A stretch of 64,000 bases of DNA, taken from the NCBI GenBank assembly GCA_051889995.1, contig JBJFDL010000002.1:145051-209050 (forward strand). The letters run 5' to 3'. Shown piece by piece: positions 55,942-64,000 of this stretch. This DNA is from Christensenellales bacterium. Its GTDB lineage: Bacteria; Bacillota; Clostridia; Christensenellales; UBA1242. Both the position numbers and the translations under genes were made by a program. Every line of letters starts with the position of its first letter. Positions within the stretch are counted from its first letter, which is position 1. The notes beneath the pieces are model-generated. The model saw only the letters and a list, made by a program, of their open reading frames with translations, made no database searches and had not been told where the DNA came from.

Positions 55942-58641
55942 TTATTTTCCACAGCAGTTTTTATATTTCTTACCCGAGCCACATGGACAAGGTTCATTAC
56001 GTCCAACTGTCTTTTCTTTGTGAGCTATTTTTGCTTTTTTAGCTTTTTCACTTTGTTCAACCGCAATTTGAAGTTTTGCTAAAATCTTTTTAGAATCTTC
56101 AGGAGATAAAATCAATTTCATTTCTCTTTTTAACAAATATTTAGCAGTATTTTCACGAATGCTTGCAGTCATATTATTAAACATATCTGTGCTTTCGTTT
56201 TTATATGCAGTTAATGGGTCTTGCCTTGTAGAAATTTCCCTACGCAAGTTACTCATATTGTCAATATGTTCAACCCAAGACTTATCGACATAACGAAGAA
56301 GTGCGTTTCTTTCGATGTTACCAAAGTCAATACCTAAATTTTCTTGAGTGGCCTTAACTTTGCTTTCATAATTTTTATGAACTGCCTCTAAAACTTTTTG
56401 AACAATTTCATCAACTTCTAATTCATCACACATATCTTGAGTTATAAAATTTGTGTCAGGCATAAACACTTCTTCTTGTTCTAAAATTTTATTAAGTTTA
56501 TTTACATCCCATTTTTCACTTGGAATATCATCACTAATAACTTCGTTCACCAATGATGTTACATAATCATCAATCATGTCAACAACTTCTTCATGAACAC
56601 TTTCTCCGTTAATAACTCTATTTCTTTCAGTGTAAATAATCTTTCTTTGTTCATTTAAAACATCATCATAACTAATTAAATTTCTACGGATTGCAAAATA
56701 ATCACCTTCAACTTTCTTTTGTGCTCTTTCAATCATTTTAGAAGTTGATTTCATAGAAAATAATAATTCATCTTTATTAATGTTAAAACGTTCTACTAGC
56801 GCTTTCATTCTATCGCCACCAAAAATTCTAACTAGATTATCTTCAAGTGATACATAGAATGTGCTTTCACCTTTATCGCCCTGACGTCCACTTCTACCAC
56901 GAAGTTGGTTATCTATACGACGACTTTCATGACGTTCTGTTCCTAAAACGAACAATCCACCAGCCTCTATAACTTTTTCTTTCTCTGCATCAGTTTCTAG
57001 CTTAAATTTTTCATAGTAGTCTCTATAAACTTTTTTAGCATTATTGATTTCTTCGTCATCAGTGTCAACAAATGATGTGCTAGCGTTAATTAATTCTTCA
57101 CTAAAACCTTCATTTTTCATTTTTTGTTTAGCTAAAAATTCAGGATTACCACCAAGCAAAATATCTGTTCCACGGCCAGCCATATTTGTTGCAATGGTAA
57201 CAGCACCAAGTCTTCCTGCTTGAGCAATAATTTCACTTTCTTTTAAGTGATTTTTTGCATTTAAAACATTGTGTTTAATGCCATATTGAACAAGCAATTT
57301 GCTAATTAATTCACTTTTATCAACTGTTGTTGTTCCAATTAAAACTGGTTGACCTTTCTCATGTCTTGCTTGAACTTCTTTAGCAATTGCTTTGAATTTT
57401 GATTCAGTATCAACAAAAACTTGGTCATTATTATCTATTCTTTGAATAGGTTTATTCGTTGGAATTGTAACAACGTCTAAATCATATATTTTATTAAATT
57501 CAGTTTCTTCTGTTTTTGCCGTTCCTGTCATACCTGACAATTTTTTGTATAATCTAAAGTAGTTTTGATAAGTTATTGTTGCAACAGTTAAGTTGTCTTC
57601 ATTGATTTCAACTCCTTCTTTAGCTTCAATAGCTTGATGCAAACCATCGCTATATCTTCTTCCTTTTAAAACACGTCCAGTAAATTCATCAACGATTAAA
57701 ATTTTTCCATCATCAACAATATATTGACTATCTAATTCAAATAAATAATTGGCTTTTAATGCATTTGAAATATAGTGGTTTAATTCCATGTTTTCGGCAC
57801 TAGATAGGTTATCTATTTTAAAATATTTTTCAGCTTTATCAATACCTTTTTCAGTAAGTCTTATAATTTTCTTTTCTTCATCAACATCGAAATCCTCATC
57901 TCTTTTTAAAGACCTAACAAATTTCTGGCAAGTGTAGTAAATTTCGCCACCTTTAATCCCTTGCCCACCACTAATGATTAATGGAGTTCTTGCTTCATCA
58001 ATTAAAATGCTATCAACTTCGTCGACAATGGCAAAGTTAAGACCTCTTTGACAGAAATCTTCCTTTCTTTGCAACATATTATCTCTTAAATAGTCAAATC
58101 CCATTTCACTGTTAGTTCCATAAGTTATATCAGCGCTGTATGCTTTTCTCTTATCGGCTTGACTCATTCCAGAAAGAGTTATTCCAACTGTTAATCCTAA
58201 AAAGTTGAAAATTTTTCCCATCCACTCACTATCACGGCTTGCTAAATATTCATTAACCGTTATGATATGAACTCCATCTCCTGTTAAGGCATTTAAATAT
58301 GCTGGCAAAGTTTCGACCAAAGTTTTACCTTCACCCGTTCTCATTTCAGCAATACGTCCTTGATGTAAAGCAATTCCACCCAAAATTTGAACATAGAAAT
58401 GTTTCATTTTCAAAACTCTGTAACTTGCTTCTCTTACAGTTGCATAGGCTTCTGGTAAAATATGATTTAAACTTTCACCATTTTTAATTCTTTCTTTAAA
58501 TTCATTTGTTTTGTTTTTTAATTCATCATCAGTAAGGCGTGAATATTCTTCTTCAAGAGCAACAACCTTATCTGCAATGACTTTTAATCCTTTTATGCTT
58601 CGTGCGTTATCACTAGCAAATAAATATGAAAATAGTCCCAT
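55942..58641 (-). CDS. secA: Preprotein translocase ATPase SecA
   Basis: MRTGEGKT, DEVDSILIDEARTPLIISG, and the C-terminal zinc-binding tail CPCGSGKKYKNCCGK. Confidence 0.95.
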   Translation of the reverse strand: MGLFSYLFASDNARSIKGLKVIADKVVALEEEYSRLTDDELKNKTNEFKERIKNGESLNHILPEAYATVREASYRVLKMKHFYVQILGGIALHQGRIAEMRTGEGKTLVETLPAYLNALTGDGVHIITVNEYLASRDSEWMGKIFNFLGLTVGITLSGMSQADKRKAYSADITYGTNSEMGFDYLRDNMLQRKEDFCQRGLNFAIVDEVDSILIDEARTPLIISGGQGIKGGEIYYTCQKFVRSLKRDEDFDVDEEKKIIRLTEKGIDKAEKYFKIDNLSSAENMELNHYISNALKANYLFELDSQYIVDDGKILIVDEFTGRVLKGRRYSDGLHQAIEAKEGVEINEDNLTVATITYQNYFRLYKKLSGMTGTAKTEETEFNKIYDLDVVTIPTNKPIQRIDNNDQVFVDTESKFKAIAKEVQARHEKGQPVLIGTTTVDKSELISKLLVQYGIKHNVLNAKNHLKESEIIAQAGRLGAVTIATNMAGRGTDILLGGNPEFLAKQKMKNEGFSEELINASTSFVDTDDEEINNAKKVYRDYYEKFKLETDAEKEKVIEAGGLFVLGTERHESRRIDNQLRGRSGRQGDKGESTFYVSLEDNLVRIFGGDRMKALVERFNINKDELLFSMKSTSKMIERAQKKVEGDYFAIRRNLISYDDVLNEQRKIIYTERNRVINGESVHEEVVDMIDDYVTSLVNEVISDDIPSEKWDVNKLNKILEQEEVFMPDTNFITQDMCDELEVDEIVQKVLEAVHKNYESKVKATQENLGIDFGNIERNALLRYVDKSWVEHIDNMSNLRREISTRQDPLTAYKNESTDMFNNMTASIRENTAKYLLKREMKLILSPEDSKKILAKLQIAVEQSEKAKKAKIAHKEKTVGRNEPCPCGSGKKYKNCCGK

Positions 58642-58741
58642 AGTATAATAATCTCCTAATATTAACTATACTAAATATTAAAAAAAAAGTAAAGCAAATT
58701 GAAGACAAATTGCTTTATTTTTCGTTAATTTGATGTTTATT

Positions 58742-59776
58742 TTACACTCTTTGCGTATAATCATAAATTTTTGTTGTATCAATTATGGGTAAAAGTTGTT
58801 TTCGATATTTCAACATACTTCCGCCGTCTAAAACATGCCTTTTCAAAAACAAACAATCTTGCTCCCACATTTCTTGTTTATCTAAGCCAACACAAAGAAA
58901 AATGTTATATCCTGCATTCTTTAAAATATTTAATTTATACTCATTCAAAGTATACTTTCCACAAGGAAAACTATAGATATTAGTTTCACCAATAACACTT
59001 AAAATTTCTTTAGTGTATTTATCGGTATCTTTTTTTAATTCTTCGCTACTCACACAAGCAACTTGAATATGATTGAATGTATGACTAGCAAATCGATAAT
59101 TTAACTCTTTCAGTTTCGCAACTAACGGCCTAATTTTTTCAATTTCACTTTTTGAGTTTGGATTATCACTATTAATTCTATAACCTAAAATACCATTATA
59201 GCCTGTAGGACAAATTATTCCCCTAGCATTATTAAAAGAAAAATCTTTATGATTTTTAATAAAGTTTTCTAGAATGGGAATTGCTTCCTTATTATATTCA
59301 ATTTGGATTTCATTATTTTTAGTATAACTTGCGACTTCACCATTGTTATCCAAAATTAATTTGTCACTCATACCCTTATTTCTTGTATCAAAACTCATAT
59401 CATCAAAAGATAACAAAAATGGTTTTTTGCCTTTTGGTAAATACAAATCTTTTTTATACACTTTACCATCAATTGATTTATAACAATCATAAATATCAAC
59501 TAGAACATAGTTATTTGAATACATTTCTTCTAAAAAACGTTCAAATTCTGTGTATGTTACACAATCACGATAAAAATTATAACGATATTTGTTTTGACTG
59601 TTAAACGCTATTTCTGGTCGATTAATTATTTGATGAGTAAAAAAATGTTCAATGTTTCCTTCAAATTTATAAAAATTAAAGTCACTTATCGGTAACTCTT
59701 CTGCAAAAACACCATTTGAAACAATTGGAAAACATATAGCAATTAATGAAATTAATATTAAGATGAACTTTTTCAT
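58742..59776 (-). CDS. Secreted polysaccharide deacetylase-family (NodB-like) protein
   Basis: Signal peptide. LSFDDMSFD (Asp-Asp motif) and SHTFNH (His-His motif) are spaced as in NodB-homology domains. Confidence 0.6.
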   Translation of the reverse strand: MKKFILILISLIAICFPIVSNGVFAEELPISDFNFYKFEGNIEHFFTHQIINRPEIAFNSQNKYRYNFYRDCVTYTEFERFLEEMYSNNYVLVDIYDCYKSIDGKVYKKDLYLPKGKKPFLLSFDDMSFDTRNKGMSDKLILDNNGEVASYTKNNEIQIEYNKEAIPILENFIKNHKDFSFNNARGIICPTGYNGILGYRINSDNPNSKSEIEKIRPLVAKLKELNYRFASHTFNHIQVACVSSEELKKDTDKYTKEILSVIGETNIYSFPCGKYTLNEYKLNILKNAGYNIFLCVGLDKQEMWEQDCLFLKRHVLDGGSMLKYRKQLLPIIDTTKIYDYTQRV

Positions 59777-59863
59777 AATTTTATTGTTTTAAATATTACA
59801 AATTTTATACAGAACCGTAAGAACATAAAAAAAGCAGTTTATTTAACTGCCTTTAAAATTTTT

Positions 59864-60418
59864 TTATTTTCTACTATTTTTTATATCTTCTAAAATAAAT
59901 TTCATTGCCTCTTCACAATTATCAACCACCTTAACAATGCTTTCAAACAAACCTTTAATAATAAAGCCAGTTTTTTCCATAACTTCTAATTGTTTAAAGA
60001 AATTATCATAAAAGCCATTAATATTAACTAAAATTAATTTTGCATTATGTTCTTTTCCTCTTGATGTTTCAACAAAATTTGTAATTTCATCAAGCGTTCC
60101 AAATCCACCAGGAATAACAATTATATATTTACAAATTCTTGTAATTAACATTAATCTTTCATTGATTGTATCTACCAAATGTAATTTTTTGTAAACCATA
60201 TCAACTATATCGCTTTGATAAGCTAGTGGAATAATTAATTCTACGTCATCGCTTTTAGCCAAAAATTCGCCATAAGTTGCCCCCATCATTCCTTTATCAC
60301 AACCACCTTGAACGTATGTAAATTTATTATCTGCTAACAATCTCCCCAATTTTTTTGCTTCTTCAATATAAAGTTCGTTTGATGGTTTATACGCACCCGC
60401 TGCTACAAATACTTTCAT
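59864..60418 (-). CDS. LOG-family (TIGR00730 / lysine-decarboxylase-like) protein
   Basis: Start at MKVFVAAGAY with AAAGGAG SD; the track start at 60469 is rejected. PGGFGTLDEI signature. Confidence 0.75.
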   Translation of the reverse strand: MKVFVAAGAYKPSNELYIEEAKKLGRLLADNKFTYVQGGCDKGMMGATYGEFLAKSDDVELIIPLAYQSDIVDMVYKKLHLVDTINERLMLITRICKYIIVIPGGFGTLDEITNFVETSRGKEHNAKLILVNINGFYDNFFKQLEVMEKTGFIIKGLFESIVKVVDNCEEAMKFILEDIKNSRK

Positions 60419-60932
60419 AATTTCTCCTTTTTGTCTGTAATGTATTATATTATGAAAAATATTTGACAATTGTTATTTGTTAAAAATTATCGTAATATTT
60501 TTCTAAACTTAATTATACATACTTTTTTTATAAATTTCAATCATTTTCTTCTTTTCATCAATAATTTATTTTTTTCTTTTAAATCTATAATATGCCTATC
60601 AAACATTGCTTTATAACATATTTTTTATTAAATAATCATCTCATTTAGGTGTAATTTATGTTACTACTATTAATTCAAATTAAAAAGCAACTCTTAGGCA
60701 AACACAAAAGAAGCTTCAAAAGACGCAGTTTTCCATTTTAATCATCCTTTAAAGACTATAAATAAAAATTAATTTTCATTTGTTTGTTATTTAAAACATC
60801 AAAAATTGAAATTCGTTTTATATATATAATATTATTTCATTCTCAATTTATCAATAATGAATAAAAAATTAAAATTTCGACAATGTTTTCAAAACATTTT
60901 TATTTTCATCGGATTTATAATATAATATTATT

Positions 60933-63530
60933 ATGGAAAAAAGTATTAAACAAAAAGATAAGAAAGAAATAATAACAAATAGTCAAAAAAAACAAAAGGC
61001 TAAAGTTGTTAATGCTGAAGAAATCAAAAATAAAATTAGTGAAGACAACATTGAAAAAGTAAAAAATAAAACTAGTGTTGAAAATAGTGTTGAAAATATA
61101 GAAATTATAGATAACGACACACAGAATCAAGACGAAACAATAATCAATCTTGATAAAAAAGCACTTAAAAAAATTAAGAAACTTAAAAAGAATAAAAAAT
61201 ATAGTTTAAATAATGCGCCGCGATATGAGGTTGACCTTAAAAAGGGCCTTAGCACTTCACAAGTTAATGAAAGAATAAGAAATGGCTATGTGAATTATTA
61301 TGAAACAAACACGACCAAAAGTTATGGAAATATTTTTTTCACAAACATTTGCACATTTTTCAATTTACTTTGTTTTGTGATTGCCTTTGCTTTAATATAT
61401 GTTGGTTCATTTTCAAATCTTTCATTCATGATAATTTTGATTTGCAATGTTGCAATTGGAATTAGTCAAGAAATTAAAGCAAAGAAAACTGTTGAAAAAA
61501 TAACATTAGTTACAAGTCCAGTTGCCAAAGTTGTTAGAAATGGAACAGTAATGGAAATTAAAACTAATGAGGTTGTTTTAGATGATTTGTTAATTTTTGA
61601 ATTTGGCAATCAAATTTGCACAGACTCAATAGTTGTTAAAGGCGAAATAGAAGTTAATGAAAGTTTACTGACTGGCGAAAGTGTTTCTATAAAAAAGAAA
61701 AAGGGCGATTTAATTCTTGCTGGTAGTTATGTTACAAGTGGAAGTTGTTACGCAATTAGCGAAAAGGTTGCAGAAGAAAACTACACTAGCAAATTAACAC
61801 TTAAAGCAAAGAAATATAAAAAACCTGAAAGCGAACTTTTAAATAGTTTAAGAATAATAATTAAAATAATCGGCATCGTCATTATTCCATTAGCAATTTT
61901 AATTTTTAAAAACAATCAAGATGTTTTAGGAAATAATTTTCCCGCAATAATTACAAAAACGGCCGGCTCAATCATTGGAATGATTCCAGCAGGACTTTTC
62001 TTCCTTACAAGTTTAGCACTTGCAGTTGGCGTTATTAAACTTGCCAGAAAGAAAACACTTGTTCAAGATTTATATGGAATTGAAATGTTAAGTAGAACAA
62101 ATGTCCTATGTTTAGATAAAACTGGAACAATCACAGATGGAACAATGGCAGTAAAACTTATTAAAATGCTAGTTAAGGAAGAAAACTTAAACAATATAAT
62201 GAGTTCATATCTTTCAAGTATGAAAACACAAAACCAGACTTTTGTTGCTTTAAAAAACTATTTTGGTGAAGAAAAAGTTTACAAAGAAAAAAACATTCTA
62301 GAATTTAATTCTGCAAAAAAATACAGTGGTGTTGAATTTGAAAACGGAAAAACATATTACTTAGGTGCTCCAGAATTTTTGTTTAAAGGAAAAGATAAAA
62401 AAATAAACTCACTTGTTTCTGACTATGCAAAACAAGGTTACAGAGTTTTGATATTAATTGAAAGCAATGAAAAATTAAATAAAAACTCAGTGCCTAAAGA
62501 TGCATCTCCAATTTGTCTGCTTGCTATTGAAGAACGAATTAGAAAAGAAGCAAAAGAAACCCTTGCTTGGTTTAACAATAATGGAGTTAAAATAAAAATT
62601 ATTAGTGGAGATAACCCCGTTACAGTAAGTGAAATTAGTAAAAAGGTTGGCGTCGTTGGGGCTGAAAAATATATCAGTCTTGAAGGTATGACTAAACAAC
62701 AAGTTGTAGAATGTGCCAGCGAATATAATATTTTTGGGAGAGTTAGTCCAGAACAAAAACAAATTTTAGTTAAAGCCTTAAAAAATCAAGGAAATAAAGT
62801 TGCAATGACAGGCGATGGCGTTAATGATATTTTAGCGCTAAAAGAAGCAGATTGTTCAATTTCTGTTAGCAGTGGTAGTGAGGCAGCAAGAAATGTTAGC
62901 CACTTAGTGCTGTTAGATAATAATTTCTTAAATTTACCAGCCGTTGTTCAAGAAGGAAGAAGAGTTGTTAATAACATTGTTAATTCAGCAAGTTTATATC
63001 TTATGAAAACTATATTTACTTTCCTACTTACAATTTGCAGTTTATTATTAAACATTAACTATCCTTTTATGCCAAATCAAGTTTTATTATTAGAGTTTTT
63101 CATAATTGGTTTGCCTTCGTGCTTCCTTGCACTACAACCAAATTCAAAACGAATAGAAGGAAGTTTTATAAGCAAAGTTGCAGTTAAAAGTATAGCGTAT
63201 GGTTTAATTCTGTTCGCCACATTCTTAAGTTGTTATTTGTTTGATACTAAACTTCAATTAGGAATTAATTACGAAACAATGGCATCAATTGCAGTAACAT
63301 TTGTTGGATTTATAATTCTATTAAAAATTTGTCGTCCACTTAATTTATATCGTGGAATACTTTGTTTTGTATCCATCTTTGGAATTTTCTTGGCATTAAA
63401 CGTTTTACCTATGGCATTCTTCCAATACGTTCCACTAGATTTAACTTCAAAAATTTATATAATAACAAACGTATTTGCAAGTTTTATAATATTATTTTTT
63501 CCACTGATATTGACAAATAAAAAAGGATAA
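60933..63530 (+). CDS. Cation-transporting P-type ATPase with a Lys-rich N-terminal extension
   Basis: TGES (LTGESVS), phosphorylation site DKTGTIT, hinge TGDGVNDILALK, and multiple TM helices. Ion specificity is not determinable by eye. Confidence 0.85.
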   Translation: MEKSIKQKDKKEIITNSQKKQKAKVVNAEEIKNKISEDNIEKVKNKTSVENSVENIEIIDNDTQNQDETIINLDKKALKKIKKLKKNKKYSLNNAPRYEVDLKKGLSTSQVNERIRNGYVNYYETNTTKSYGNIFFTNICTFFNLLCFVIAFALIYVGSFSNLSFMIILICNVAIGISQEIKAKKTVEKITLVTSPVAKVVRNGTVMEIKTNEVVLDDLLIFEFGNQICTDSIVVKGEIEVNESLLTGESVSIKKKKGDLILAGSYVTSGSCYAISEKVAEENYTSKLTLKAKKYKKPESELLNSLRIIIKIIGIVIIPLAILIFKNNQDVLGNNFPAIITKTAGSIIGMIPAGLFFLTSLALAVGVIKLARKKTLVQDLYGIEMLSRTNVLCLDKTGTITDGTMAVKLIKMLVKEENLNNIMSSYLSSMKTQNQTFVALKNYFGEEKVYKEKNILEFNSAKKYSGVEFENGKTYYLGAPEFLFKGKDKKINSLVSDYAKQGYRVLILIESNEKLNKNSVPKDASPICLLAIEERIRKEAKETLAWFNNNGVKIKIISGDNPVTVSEISKKVGVVGAEKYISLEGMTKQQVVECASEYNIFGRVSPEQKQILVKALKNQGNKVAMTGDGVNDILALKEADCSISVSSGSEAARNVSHLVLLDNNFLNLPAVVQEGRRVVNNIVNSASLYLMKTIFTFLLTICSLLLNINYPFMPNQVLLLEFFIIGLPSCFLALQPNSKRIEGSFISKVAVKSIAYGLILFATFLSCYLFDTKLQLGINYETMASIAVTFVGFIILLKICRPLNLYRGILCFVSIFGIFLALNVLPMAFFQYVPLDLTSKIYIITNVFASFIILFFPLILTNKKG

Positions 63531-63544
63531 GTTATACTCGTTAT

Positions 63545-64000
63545 ATGAAGCAAGTAGAAAAATCATTAATTCAAAAATACTTAAAAGAATATAAGGATAA
63601 AATTTTTAGTAACAATTTTAAGTTATATGGATATTATCCTCTAAACAGAAAAGATACATTAAAATGTGGAATTTATAATAAAAACATTCCATATCTAAAG
63701 AATGTTGTTTTTCAAAATGCTCTTAAAAATTTGGGTTATGATATTAACGAAAATTTTGGCGTTGGCGACCAAACAAAAATTGAACATTTACCAAAACACG
63801 TCCCAACAAGAGATAAGCAACAAAGTTATCCTTTCCCATTGAATAATGATTTTAGACAACAATTATTGTATTCCGTAAAATTTAAGATGCATCAAGAAGA
63901 ATGCATTGGAACAATGAATAATTTAAGCACTCCTATTAACTATCGTTCAGTTGCAGAATACTATGTTACTGAAATAAAGCATCGCGGAAGAAAACAGCCC
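63545..64000 (+). CDS. Partial CDS (N-terminal 152 codons; runs off the window end), hypothetical protein
   Basis: ATG at 63545 and open to position 64000 in frame (MKQVEKSLIQKYLKEYKDKIF...). No motif recognised. Confidence 0.45.
   Translation, partial: MKQVEKSLIQKYLKEYKDKIFSNNFKLYGYYPLNRKDTLKCGIYNKNIPYLKNVVFQNALKNLGYDINENFGVGDQTKIEHLPKHVPTRDKQQSYPFPLNNDFRQQLLYSVKFKMHQEECIGTMNNLSTPINYRSVAEYYVTEIKHRGRKQP

Overview
Very AT-rich chromosomal window that looks like a low-GC, spore-forming Bacillota. All calls come from reading the supplied ORF translations and the DNA by eye; no searches were run. Housekeeping genes sit at 0.3-7.1 kb (spoIVB, recN, cysS, recD2), 21.5-23.5 kb (RsuA-family pseudouridine synthase, dinB) and 46-63.5 kb (mnmE-mnmG, obg-nth, ftsH, secA, polysaccharide deacetylase, LOG-family protein, P-type ATPase). 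Two accessory regions stand out. (1) A hotspot at 7.2-21.0 kb is built around a tRNA-Arg(CCT) gene that is split in its anticodon loop. The split is caused by a ~7.3 kb integrative element carrying int, xis, an HUH rolling-circle Rep, regulators, its own divergent tRNA-Arg(CCT), and a 3-gene cargo operon of unknown function. Next to it lie a decayed older island (integrase 3' remnant plus a HEPN Rx4H protein) and a 3-gene operon of an AAA+ (MoxR/AAA_5-like) ATPase, a small protein and a vWA-metallopeptidase. (2) A single 20.9 kb ORF (6976 aa) encodes a giant N-terminally anchored repeat protein with GLUG-like and Listeria-Bacteroides-type repeats, including an internal diverged triplication of ~2.2 kb. 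Its own promoter and terminator are visible, and a membrane-anchored protein gene lies just upstream. No rRNA genes or CRISPR arrays were seen. The best candidates for an undescribed system are the element cargo operon (15.4-17.7 kb) and the ATPase/vWA-peptidase operon (7.2-11.4 kb). The split tRNA with an element-borne replacement is the most unusual structural observation.
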